Shown piece by piece: positions 50,313 to 59,637 of a DNA stretch of 64,000 nt (position 1 is its first letter; each line of letters starts with the position of its first letter). The position numbers and the translations under genes were made by a program. This DNA comes from a virus (lineage: Duplodnaviria; Caudoviricetes): IMG/VR virus record IMGVR_UViG_3300016744_000001; one strand, written 5' to 3'. The notes under the pieces are model-generated. The model was not told the origin of the DNA. It did not search any database and was given only the letters and a program-made list of their open reading frames with translations.

Positions 50313-50969
50313 ATGAAAAATTCTTTTGCCGTGTCAGTGTTCAATCGTTCCAAGGACTTCTACTTCATGCGTGAAGTTGGTCAACTCTCTGAAAACATTG
50401 GCACTTGGGCTGTGGCCACCAATGAACTGGAATCCAAGGAAAAACTCAGCTACTGGCTGAAACGCACAACCACGCAAATCAAGTTCAGCCACCCTGGCCG
50501 TCTGGATATGCCCAATCCGTCATACTTGTTGCGTGAAATGTACGCGATGGAACATCTGCTTGCTCACCCGATCTTCCACAGTGCTCTGGTTGACGAACTG
50601 GAGTCGAAAAACGACCAGATCGCCAACCCGTTCACTTTCTCCATTGGTATCGCCGACACCCCGGCAGACAAGTACGATGGCGGCTTGCTTATCAGCCCTA
50701 GGGCCTACTTGAAGTACAATCCGCTGATGTCGGAAGCCCGAGTCGTAACCTTTGACAATGAGCACATGGAATCGACGGATGTCTTTGCGCCATCCGTCTC
50801 CGTCTACCGGACGGGTGAAGTCAAAAACAGTCGGCAGCTGTACAGCAATGTGACGGAAATGTTGAAGACCATCTTCAAGACTGACTTTGATGGTCTTGAA
50901 CCGATGGACATGGACATCTTCCGTCTGTTCTGCTCTGGTCAGCTTAAGCTGATGACGCAGACCGTCTAA
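50313..50969 (+). CDS. hypothetical protein
   Basis: AAGGAG RBS; terminator follows. Confidence 0.7.
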   Translation: MKNSFAVSVFNRSKDFYFMREVGQLSENIGTWAVATNELESKEKLSYWLKRTTTQIKFSHPGRLDMPNPSYLLREMYAMEHLLAHPIFHSALVDELESKNDQIANPFTFSIGIADTPADKYDGGLLISPRAYLKYNPLMSEARVVTFDNEHMESTDVFAPSVSVYRTGEVKNSRQLYSNVTEMLKTIFKTDFDGLEPMDMDIFRLFCSGQLKLMTQTV

Positions 50970-51018
50970 ACCTACCGTAAAATAAACCACCCTGGGCAAC
51001 TGGGGTGGTTTATTTTTT

Positions 51019-51085
51019 TGTAAATCAACCTTATTCGCAGCTATATAACAACTGTGAAGAAGCAGATTAATGTGATCTGTAACAA
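51019..51085 (+). promoter_or_regulatory. early promoter variant (TATATAAC) plus leader
   Basis: Homologous to 36457-36520. Confidence 0.7.
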
Positions 51086-51121
51086 CTTTATTCACCATGT
51101 CTTAAGCCCACGGAGGCTATC

Positions 51122-51454
51122 ATGAACATGCTCAACGGTTTGCCCAGCGCCAATGGTCTTCGTTGGGAAGATCGCAATGGTACTGAAGTCATCACCTTTT
51201 CTCCTCGACTGTTTTCTGATGAAGTCATTGAAACTTCTGACTTCCGTTTTGAGATCATCTCTGGCGGTCTCCTTCTTCGTGTGTTCGAAGAAGGTACCAA
51301 GAATGGTCGCAGGATCTACAAGGACTATTTGGTGTCCTACTTTCGTCGTGACCAGTCTCCTATCTGGCGCAATGAAAACAACAGCTTTACTTATCGCCGC
51401 ATCCTTGACGTGTTTGACCGTTGCTTGGTTGCTGCTTATGGCGATGCAATTTAA
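51122..51454 (+). CDS. small hypothetical protein
   Basis: GGAGG RBS; own promoter and downstream palindrome. Confidence 0.7.
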   Translation: MNMLNGLPSANGLRWEDRNGTEVITFSPRLFSDEVIETSDFRFEIISGGLLLRVFEEGTKNGRRIYKDYLVSYFRRDQSPIWRNENNSFTYRRILDVFDRCLVAAYGDAI

Positions 51455-51460
51455 CTACGA

Positions 51461-51494
51461 CAGTGGTGGCTAGGGATATCCCTAGCCACCACTG
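51461..51494. repeat. 34-bp perfect palindrome (GGGATATCCC core)
   Basis: cagtggtggctagggat|atccctagccaccactg. Confidence 0.9.
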
Positions 51495-51582
51495 AAATGG
51501 ATAAAGTGCATCATAGTTTTTCTTTAATAATTAACTGACAATATTTGTAAATGTTGTCTCCAAATAATCAAAGGAGCTACCG

Positions 51583-51748
51583 ATGCCTCGCCCACTCCCA
51601 AATCTAATACGACTTGTCTGAAAAAGAAGCAATTGAACGTTATGCTGAACGGTATGACGCGATGGTTCCTCTTCTGTTGGCAAGAACTGATCAAACTCCA
51701 ATTGGTGATATTCTCAACGACTGGTTTTCAGAATGCACAATTTACTAA
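51583..51748 (+). pseudogene. small gene apparently broken by a +1 frameshift near 51607
   Basis: AAGGAG-ATG MPRPLPNL, then +1 frame YDLSEKEAIERYAERY...CTIY* ending just before hairpin 51751-51779. Confidence 0.4.
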
Positions 51749-51784
51749 CTGTCTAGTGGAGGCAATGCCTCCACTAGACACCAA

Positions 51785-53371
51785 CTACAATCCAAGTGGA
51801 AGCTTAAATATCCACCACAAGGTGAATTGAACCAAAAAGCAAACCGTGACAACAATTGATATTGGTAATGTTAAAGCATACACACTACCAATTCCAACTT
51901 CTTCATCATCACGGCGATACTTTTCCCAAATCATTAACACCACTGGAATGTAGTAGTTTATTATCGAAATACTGTCAGTGCATTTATCCCCGATCACGTA
52001 AGCCAATTGCGTCCATTCTGGAGATATCCCTAAACGATAAAACATGGGCACAACAATTGGTGCAAAGATCATCCACTTTGCTGATCCAGAAGTGATGAAC
52101 AAATTGATAAATGCGATCACGACAATCAACCCAATCATTGCTGGGTACTTTGACACCCCAAGGGTAATCAACAGTTCCGCCCCTTTGACAGAAACAATTG
52201 TTGTTAAATGACTATCTCCAAAAAACTTGATTGCGAATGCCGCAGGCAAACAAATCACCAAATACCCCGCAGCATCATAGATGCCAGATTGCATCATCTT
52301 TGGAATGTCATTACAACATTTTATTTTTTTCGTTGACACACCGTAGACTGTTCCAATCAGAAAAAACAACCCAACGATCAAAGCGATTATTCCTTCGGTG
52401 AATGGACTTTTCGGAACAAGTTTTCCCTGAGGATTCAACAAAAATCCCCCGTAAGAAGTCATTCCCAGAAACAACACAATCCCGTATCCAAAGACAGCAA
52501 TTGCTGTTAACCACAGTGCTCTGGTTACAACAATCGAATTGACATTCCCTTCAGCAATATCAATTAGGTGTTGATCCATTGAAGAATCTTTTCTTGTCGA
52601 ACAATTCAACATTCGTTTCCATTCAGCATCATCCAAATCCAATGGAATAATCTTTGGGATGAATTTTTCAGTCACGATTGTAATTGCAGTTGATAAAACA
52701 ATCAATGCAACTAGAAGAAAATAGTAATTTGACAATGGAGTGATCGTGGCTGGGATACCAGCAGCATCTACGGACATTTGTGTGATGCTGGACATCATAA
52801 CCATAAACCCGGTCAAAAGAATATTACAGGGTTCAGCACCATGTGCTGCAGCATACCCAATTGCTGCTCCAACGATTGGATTGCGTTTCATTGTTAAAAA
52901 AATTGCTGACGCAACTGTCGTTGAGATGATGATCCCAGCATTGGATGCTAAATTGGCCATACATGCCATCAGGACGACTGAAAACGTAATAAACGACCTA
53001 GGTACTACGTTACACACTTTGTGCATTAGATCGACAAAGAAACCCGTTTCTTTGACATACCCAACAACCAGCAAAGTTACCATGACCAATCCCAATGGGG
53101 CAAAGCTGATGTACACCTTGGTAAAGTCTTTGAGGATGTAGTGGAGGTAGTCAATGCTCATCAGGTTTCTGACAGCCACTACCTGGTTGACCAACTTGTT
53201 CGTAGACTTGTCCACGATATCAGCTTGCACTGCGACACCATAGTGACTCAGAACGGCTGACAGTCCAAGAGTGATCAACATCAATGATACAAACAAAAAG
53301 AATGGGTTTGGCAGTTTATTCCCCACTCTCATTACCCAGCCAAAGAAACCATTTTGTATTCCAGTCGACAT
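51785..53371 (-). CDS. abgT: AbgT family p-aminobenzoyl-glutamate transporter
   Basis: GNKLPNPFFLF, FAPLGLV, RNPIVG, NLFITSGSAKW, YVIGDKCT, GIGSV...LP; many TMs; AAGGAG RBS before ATG 53371. Confidence 0.88.
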   Translation of the reverse strand: MSTGIQNGFFGWVMRVGNKLPNPFFLFVSLMLITLGLSAVLSHYGVAVQADIVDKSTNKLVNQVVAVRNLMSIDYLHYILKDFTKVYISFAPLGLVMVTLLVVGYVKETGFFVDLMHKVCNVVPRSFITFSVVLMACMANLASNAGIIISTTVASAIFLTMKRNPIVGAAIGYAAAHGAEPCNILLTGFMVMMSSITQMSVDAAGIPATITPLSNYYFLLVALIVLSTAITIVTEKFIPKIIPLDLDDAEWKRMLNCSTRKDSSMDQHLIDIAEGNVNSIVVTRALWLTAIAVFGYGIVLFLGMTSYGGFLLNPQGKLVPKSPFTEGIIALIVGLFFLIGTVYGVSTKKIKCCNDIPKMMQSGIYDAAGYLVICLPAAFAIKFFGDSHLTTIVSVKGAELLITLGVSKYPAMIGLIVVIAFINLFITSGSAKWMIFAPIVVPMFYRLGISPEWTQLAYVIGDKCTDSISIINYYIPVVLMIWEKYRRDDEEVGIGSVYALTLPISIVVTVCFLVQFTLWWIFKLPLGL

Positions 53372-53422
53372 AGCGTTCTCCTTTACAACGTTCATATTTC
53401 TTTTTGTTTATGTTCAAATGTA

Positions 53423-53456
53423 CACATCTCAGACAGGATATCCTGTCTGAGATGTG
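53423..53456. repeat. 34-bp perfect palindrome (GGATATCC core)
   Basis: cacatctcagacaggat|atcctgtctgagatgtg. Confidence 0.9.
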
Positions 53457-53463
53457 CTTACTG

Positions 53464-54651
53464 TTACGATTCGAGTTTTCCAGCTGCGGTAATCTTGGCC
53501 ATCGTTTCGAGGTCAAGAGATTCAGCAAGAGCGATCGCCAGCTCAGTCTTCGTGAAGAGGCTGTCAACCACAGCATATTCATTTTCCGTGTGGTTGAACT
53601 CACCCTCCACACCCATCTGGTCAATGGTCGGGATATCTTTCATCACGGCATATGCCGCGTCACCTGCACCACCAGAAACGATACTTGGACCCATGGGGAG
53701 ACCACGCTGTTTGGCAACATCGACTGCCTGCATGTACAGAGCTGTGTTAGCGTAAGTTGCTGTCATCGGTGGGATACCCGGAACAACCGAGGTGTATGCT
53801 CTGGCTTTATCGTCACACAAGAACAGACTTTCCGTGATAAGATCACGAACTCTCTGGATGCTGTTTTCATCATAGACACGGATGTCGAATTTGACCTCGG
53901 CACGATCGGCAATGACATTCCTCGCCGACCCCCCATTGATCACCCCAGGAGTGAACCAGAATTTCTCACGGTCATTGAACTGCGAGATGTAGTTGATGAT
54001 CTTAACCGCCGTCATAATCGCATCACACCCGTTTTCTGGGTTTCTGCCAGTGTGCGCGGATTTACCTTCGATTCTCATGTCGAGGTTGATCGTCCCGGCT
54101 CGGCCAATGATCAACCCGTGATCCAGTGATGCCGTCTCAAAGCTGAAGGCTGCAGCCGCTCCAAGACATTCATCCTGCATAACGGCTGCAAAACTCGAAT
54201 CATCGGTGTGACCAACTTCTTCACCGCTGGTAAAGATAAGTTTGATCGGACGAGAATAACCTCGTTTGACAAGAGCCAACGCGGTGTAGATCATGATGAC
54301 GATCCCACCTTTCATATCCAAGACACCAGAACCAAAGATCTTTCCGTCGTGGATTGTGCAACTTGCGGCAGTCCTGACAGTATCCACATGTCCCATGAAG
54401 ACTAAAGGCCGCAGCTCAGTGGCGGGCCCAGTTATGTAGCTTACGATTGATGGCCGTGCACAGTACTTCGAGCAGTATGCCTCAAGGGTATGCTTCCTCA
54501 GTTTACAAAAACCTTCTTGGATCTCACGATCTATCCGAGCAAAGATCTCGGATTTGTCATCGTAAGTTGAAGAAGCAATGTTGACCAGGTCTTGCCAGAA
54601 CCTGATCATTTCTTTTTCATGTTCCTTAATGAACTGTTTGATATCATCCAT
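53464..54651 (-). CDS. M20 metallopeptidase, glutamate carboxypeptidase (CPG2)-like
   Basis: GHVDTV, GSGVLDMKGG, GEEVG, FETA, GKSAHTG, GGAGDA, HTENEY. Confidence 0.88.
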   Translation of the reverse strand: MDDIKQFIKEHEKEMIRFWQDLVNIASSTYDDKSEIFARIDREIQEGFCKLRKHTLEAYCSKYCARPSIVSYITGPATELRPLVFMGHVDTVRTAASCTIHDGKIFGSGVLDMKGGIVIMIYTALALVKRGYSRPIKLIFTSGEEVGHTDDSSFAAVMQDECLGAAAAFSFETASLDHGLIIGRAGTINLDMRIEGKSAHTGRNPENGCDAIMTAVKIINYISQFNDREKFWFTPGVINGGSARNVIADRAEVKFDIRVYDENSIQRVRDLITESLFLCDDKARAYTSVVPGIPPMTATYANTALYMQAVDVAKQRGLPMGPSIVSGGAGDAAYAVMKDIPTIDQMGVEGEFNHTENEYAVVDSLFTKTELAIALAESLDLETMAKITAAGKLES

Positions 54652-54688
54652 AGTGCCCTCCGGCGTTTATTCATGTCACGATTATCAC

Positions 54689-54696
54689 TATATTAC
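54689..54696 (+). promoter_or_regulatory. early promoter core TATATTAC
   Basis: Upstream of the HAD/NAMPT/NadM operon. Confidence 0.65.
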
Positions 54697-54779
54697 CTTA
54701 GTATACCAATTCGCTAGTGATCTTTCACTTACAAACTGATGGTATAACCAATTAACATTTAACGCGAAGGAGCTTCGCA

Positions 54780-55346
54780 ATGTCTGACACTAACTTCAAA
54801 ATCGCAATTGACCTGCATGGCACCTACGACCAGATGCCAGAACTGTTTGAAAAGTATCTCTTTACTTTGCCCAGTACGGATATCTATATCTTCAGCGGGT
54901 CACCGAAAGAGGATATCAATAATTACCTGGCTTCTCGGGTCAGTGAAATTACAGATCCGAACATCATGAACATGATGAAACGTGTTCAGCTCCTCTCCAT
55001 TGTCGACTACTGTTTTGAGCAGGGTCTCCCGATGGAACCAAGAGTCAGTGAACGCAGCGGCCGTGAGTCCTGGTACTTTAAGGGGGACGAAGCCATCTGG
55101 TGGGCGATGAAAGGCATCATCTGTCAGAAGCACGGTATCAACCTGTTGATTGATGACAAGGAAGAATACCTGAACTTTATCAACATCGGTCGCAACATCA
55201 TGCCCAAGTTCATTCTGTTCAAAGGGTTGAACGGTGAACCAGCAACCAAAACCGACTTTATCAGGTTGTTTTCCCCGGCTTGGTCAACGTTCGCTGGAAT
55301 CCATCCAGCGCTAGCGTTTCAGACCACCAGGCAATTCAAAGACTAG
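54780..55346 (+). CDS. HAD-superfamily phosphatase/nucleotidase-like protein
   Basis: IAIDLHGT (motif I variant), IFSG (II), K (III), LLIDDK (IV). Confidence 0.6.
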   Translation: MSDTNFKIAIDLHGTYDQMPELFEKYLFTLPSTDIYIFSGSPKEDINNYLASRVSEITDPNIMNMMKRVQLLSIVDYCFEQGLPMEPRVSERSGRESWYFKGDEAIWWAMKGIICQKHGINLLIDDKEEYLNFINIGRNIMPKFILFKGLNGEPATKTDFIRLFSPAWSTFAGIHPALAFQTTRQFKD

Positions 55347-55400
55347 CCACTGGGGCTTTTCTTATATATTTCATCAACCTAAACGCGAAGGAGCTTCGCA

Positions 55401-56795
55401 ATGATTTCCAACAACATTATCACCAAGACAGACAGTTACAAGCACTCTCACTACCAGGTACTTCCTGAAGGTACCAAGACTGTGTACTCCTATCTGGAGA
55501 GCCGTAAAGGCATGTATCCGTATGACCTGTTCTTCGGTATGCAGGCGTACTTGATGAAGTATTTGACGAAGCCCTTCACCAAGAAGGACATCGACATTGC
55601 TGAACGTCGGGTCAACCAGCATATCCCTGAGCTTAAATTCAACCGGAAGGGATGGGAACACATTCTTAACAAGCACGGCGGCTACTTGCCACTGCGCATC
55701 CGTGCCGTACAGGAAGGCTTGAAGATTCCCTTGAGGATGCCTCTTGTCACTGTCCAAAACACCGACCCTGCGGTGCCCTGGTTGACTGGTCACATCGAGA
55801 CCACTCTTCTGAGGGGTATCTGGTATCCGACCACCGTTGCTACCCGGTCGAACTGGATACGGGGAATCCTGGCTGAAGCGTTGAAGAAGAGCTCTGACAC
55901 GACATCACCCATGGAAAAGCTGAACTTCATGCTGCATGACTTTGGTATGCGTGGCAACACCTGCGAAGAATCTGCTGGCATCAGTGGTGCAGCTCACCTG
56001 GTGAACTTCATGGGGACCGACACAATGGACGCGCTTGACTGGGTGGAGACATACTACTCAGAAGAATGCGCCGGTTACTCGATCCCTGCGACAGAGCACT
56101 CAGTCATGACGATCTACGGTCGTCGGAATGAGATTGAAGCGTATCGGACCGCTATTCGCAAGTTTGCGAAGAAGGGTGCCATCTTCGCTACTGTGGCTGA
56201 CTCGTACGACATTTTCGAAGTTTGTCGTTCGATCATGCCCCAGCTCAAAGATGACATCGTGGCATCTGGCGCCACCATGGTACTCCGTCCCGACAGCGGT
56301 GATCCCATGAGCGTACTGCCGAAGATGCTGGAACTGCTGGAACCAATCTTTGGTGTGACCTACAACTCGAAAGGGTACAAGGTCCTCAACCACATTCGTC
56401 TGATCTGGGGTGATGGTATTAACCAAGACTCCGTCAAGGCGATTGTTGAGTTGCTGAACCAGCTTGGTTACAGTGTGGACAACATCGCATTTGGTTGCGG
56501 TGGCTGGATGGTGCAGGACCTGACCCGCGATACCCAAGGTTTCGCAATGAAGGCAGCTGCTGCACTGGTGGATGGTACACACATCGAACTCTGCAAGGAC
56601 CCGGTCACTGACCCTGGTAAGCGCAGCAAGGCAGGCATGGTGACCACGTACCAGAACGGAGATGGGCAGTACTACTCTGGTCTGTGGATCGAAGGCACCG
56701 ACGATGCCCTGCAGGATGTGTACCTTGACGGTGAATTGCTTAACACCACAACGATGGCTGCGGTCCGTGAACGGGCCGACATGGGAGCGTTCTAA
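55401..56795 (+). CDS. nadV: nicotinamide phosphoribosyltransferase (NAMPT/NadV)
   Basis: TDSYKHSH, WYPTTVAT, LHDFGMRG, AHLVNFMGTD, SIPATEHS, LRPDSGDP, WGDGI, KDPVTDPGKRSK. Confidence 0.95.
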   Translation: MISNNIITKTDSYKHSHYQVLPEGTKTVYSYLESRKGMYPYDLFFGMQAYLMKYLTKPFTKKDIDIAERRVNQHIPELKFNRKGWEHILNKHGGYLPLRIRAVQEGLKIPLRMPLVTVQNTDPAVPWLTGHIETTLLRGIWYPTTVATRSNWIRGILAEALKKSSDTTSPMEKLNFMLHDFGMRGNTCEESAGISGAAHLVNFMGTDTMDALDWVETYYSEECAGYSIPATEHSVMTIYGRRNEIEAYRTAIRKFAKKGAIFATVADSYDIFEVCRSIMPQLKDDIVASGATMVLRPDSGDPMSVLPKMLELLEPIFGVTYNSKGYKVLNHIRLIWGDGINQDSVKAIVELLNQLGYSVDNIAFGCGGWMVQDLTRDTQGFAMKAAAALVDGTHIELCKDPVTDPGKRSKAGMVTTYQNGDGQYYSGLWIEGTDDALQDVYLDGELLNTTTMAAVRERADMGAF

Positions 56796-58009
56796 TGAGT
56801 GCTACGATTTATTCTGAACGCCACATCGGCGTGTTGATTGGCAGGTTTCAGCCGTTTCATCTCGGCCACATGCACCAGATCAGCGAAGCGTTGGACCAAG
56901 GTCTGAACAACTTCAAGATCTTCATCGGCTCAGCCAACAGTGGACGGACACTCCAGAATCCGTTCACGGTTGCGGAAAGAGTTCAGATGATCGGCCTTGC
57001 AGTCGGTGACATGCTGATTGACAAAGGTTGCGCAACGGTCAAGTCTGAGGCTTATTCGCAAAGCGTCACTGATCAGCAGGCGTATCCGATCTGGACCATC
57101 ACTGGTGCGAAATCATCTCGTGAACAGGTCACGATCGAGATCTACCCGCTGAATGACTACTTGTACAACGATGACAAGTGGAAGCTTGAATTCCTGACAG
57201 CACTGTTCACTGAACGGAGCGGTTTCAAGTTCAGGCCGATCCACACCTTGCTGGGTTACCACAAGGATGCCACATCGTGGTACCTTGACGAATTCCGTGA
57301 ACTGGAACAGGCAATCGTCAAGACTCCGTACAAAGCGGTGATTGGTGGCACTGAAACCATGATCAGTGCGACCGACATCAGAGAACGTTACTTCCTTGAT
57401 GAGACCATCTCAATGACCGATTCCTACAAGGAAAACGGTTGGGATACCATTCTGCCTTACAAGGTTGCACTTTGGCTGGAATTGTTCAAAGTACAGCAGC
57501 CGCGTGATTGGCAGTATGTTCGTGACGAATACAAGTTCATGGTTGATTACAAGAAGCTGTGGGCGGGATCACCATATCCCCCGATCTTCGTCACAACCGA
57601 CGCCTTGATTCAACAGGGTAACAACATCCTGATGATCCAACGGCGGACTCAGCCGGGCAAGAACATGTGGGCAATGCCTGGTGGATTCTTGAAGGACAAT
57701 GAACTGCTCGAGACTGGTATGCTTCGTGAACTTCGCGAAGAAACTGGTCTCCGTGTATCCATGCCTGTCCTCAAGCGGTGCATCGTGAACCGTGAGGTCA
57801 TTGACAATCCGAACAGGAGCAGTCGTGGCCGTACGATCACACATGTGTTCCACATCAAGTTGGAGGACATCTCCAATGGTCTGCCAGCGATCCGTGGCGC
57901 ATCTGACGCAGTCAAAGCACGGTGGATTCCACTGTACGAGGTTGCCAAGATGAAGGCCGAGATCTTTGAAGATCACTGGGACATCATTGCCAAACTGATC
58001 AAGTTCTAA
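56795..58009 (+). CDS. nadM: bifunctional NMN adenylyltransferase / Nudix ADP-ribose pyrophosphatase (NadM-Nudix, NatV-like)
   Basis: IGRFQPFHLGH, NPFTVAER, ISATDIR; Nudix box PGGFL...RELREETGL; FEDHWDII. Confidence 0.93.
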   Translation: MSATIYSERHIGVLIGRFQPFHLGHMHQISEALDQGLNNFKIFIGSANSGRTLQNPFTVAERVQMIGLAVGDMLIDKGCATVKSEAYSQSVTDQQAYPIWTITGAKSSREQVTIEIYPLNDYLYNDDKWKLEFLTALFTERSGFKFRPIHTLLGYHKDATSWYLDEFRELEQAIVKTPYKAVIGGTETMISATDIRERYFLDETISMTDSYKENGWDTILPYKVALWLELFKVQQPRDWQYVRDEYKFMVDYKKLWAGSPYPPIFVTTDALIQQGNNILMIQRRTQPGKNMWAMPGGFLKDNELLETGMLRELREETGLRVSMPVLKRCIVNREVIDNPNRSSRGRTITHVFHIKLEDISNGLPAIRGASDAVKARWIPLYEVAKMKAEIFEDHWDIIAKLIKF

Positions 58010-58156
58010 GCTCAACAATGTGACCTACCGAGGGATTTCCCTCGGTAGGTCACTCTAAGTACCCAATTATTTTTGTCAATCAATTAAAGGAACAACTATA
58101 TAACTATTTTGGATCTACTGGATTTACTAACCAAACAACCTCCGAAGGAGTTTCCC

Positions 58157-58861
58157 ATGTTGTATCCTGAACTGCAATTGTACTTTGATGTGGAACGTGA
58201 AGTGCTGATGATCCTGAACGAACTGACCGATCCAAGCACGGAAATCATTATGACCGACGTTGATCTTCATGAACTGTCGGTTCAGCAGGGCAATGAACTG
58301 CACAAGTCTCAACTGTACCCTGTCACTGACAACGGCATGGGTGGTGTTTGCTTCCGTGGTGAAATTGGCAAGGTCCAGATGGATACTTGCCTCAAAGCGT
58401 TTGAAACTTCAGGCACAATGAGTGAATCAGCAATGTGTGCGTATTATGAACGCTTCAATGGTCAGCTTGTCTACTCAGTTCCGGGCATCACCATGGGCAT
58501 CCTTAAGTCGGTCATCATGTTCAAGACTGAGTTCATAACTCGTGAACTGGTCTTCAGCATGGTAATTGGCATCATTGCTCACGAACGTCGGCATGCCGTC
58601 CAGACTTTGGCCAAACTTAACATCGGTGGATTTGAAGGCAAAGACATCATGTCGGTGCATATCACTGAATACGCGGCACAGCCTTCTGAAATTGATGCCC
58701 TCTGCTTCAACATTGCGGTCCAACAGGGTTTAGCCAGAATGGAAGACGTTGAAACCTGGCAGCCGGATGAAGAATACAAACAAAACTGTTTGACGGCAAT
58801 CAAAAACTTAGCCGCCCACTCTGAAAAAATGTTTCCCAACAAGACGGCAGTTGCGGGCTAA
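58157..58861 (+). CDS. zincin-like metalloprotease
   Basis: IAHERRHAVQ (HExxH) plus downstream Y..QPSEIDA. Confidence 0.65.
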   Translation: MLYPELQLYFDVEREVLMILNELTDPSTEIIMTDVDLHELSVQQGNELHKSQLYPVTDNGMGGVCFRGEIGKVQMDTCLKAFETSGTMSESAMCAYYERFNGQLVYSVPGITMGILKSVIMFKTEFITRELVFSMVIGIIAHERRHAVQTLAKLNIGGFEGKDIMSVHITEYAAQPSEIDALCFNIAVQQGLARMEDVETWQPDEEYKQNCLTAIKNLAAHSEKMFPNKTAVAG

Positions 58862-58871
58862 GGAGTCCATC

Positions 58872-59324
58872 ATGTACAAGTCCATCCTGCTTTTCCTTGC
58901 AATCTTGGTCTTTGGCCTTTCTGTTTCTGCCCGCGCGGCGGTCTATGCTGACAGCTACATGGCATCCACAGAAGACGGGTTTTATGTCACTGGTCTCGAT
59001 GATCAGTATGAAACCTGCTACCAAACCTCCAACTCCATCACCGACAAGACTGGATGTCTGGAAAAGTTCATTGACCGTTCCAGAAAGGACATCCCGGTCT
59101 CGTTGAAGATCATCCGTACCAGCTGCAACAAGCCCAAATGTGCTGAAATGGTAAAGGCCATCGAAAATGGTTACCAACAATTCGGTGCTTCCATCGATGG
59201 TATCTTCAACTACTCTGCTCCGAAGGCAACCTACGCCAGACTGGCACTCAACGCCACCATCATCAAGGGCATGCAGGATACCACTGCTCAACTATCAACC
59301 TTCATCCAAAACTTCGACAACTAA
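58872..59324 (+). CDS. secreted helical Cys-containing protein (LprI-like)
   Basis: Signal peptide; YETCYQTSNSITDKTGCL. Confidence 0.5.
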   Translation: MYKSILLFLAILVFGLSVSARAAVYADSYMASTEDGFYVTGLDDQYETCYQTSNSITDKTGCLEKFIDRSRKDIPVSLKIIRTSCNKPKCAEMVKAIENGYQQFGASIDGIFNYSAPKATYARLALNATIIKGMQDTTAQLSTFIQNFDN

Positions 59325-59340
59325 CCACAAGGAGTCTCAC

Positions 59341-59625
59341 ATGCTTGCTGAAATCAATGACCTCATCAACAATATCTCTGTCATCATCGAAAACACCAGC
59401 AATGATCAGGTGGTGAAAATCACCACGGCTGTGAAAGAAGATCTGATCAGGTTGCGTGAAAACTATACCACCAAGATGACCACGCACAACGCCAACGTCG
59501 ACATGGTTATCAACAACACCGAAACCATCGGTGATGCTGTTCAGGCATTGCCTGGCGGCGGGTATGATGCCAGCAAAGACCTTGCAGAAGTCAGCATGCT
59601 TATCGCCAACCTCAAGCTCGACTAA
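59341..59625 (+). CDS. small helical hypothetical protein
   Basis: AAGGAG RBS before ATG 59341. Confidence 0.65.
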   Translation: MLAEINDLINNISVIIENTSNDQVVKITTAVKEDLIRLRENYTTKMTTHNANVDMVINNTETIGDAVQALPGGGYDASKDLAEVSMLIANLKLD

Positions 59626-59637
59626 CAAGGAACTATC

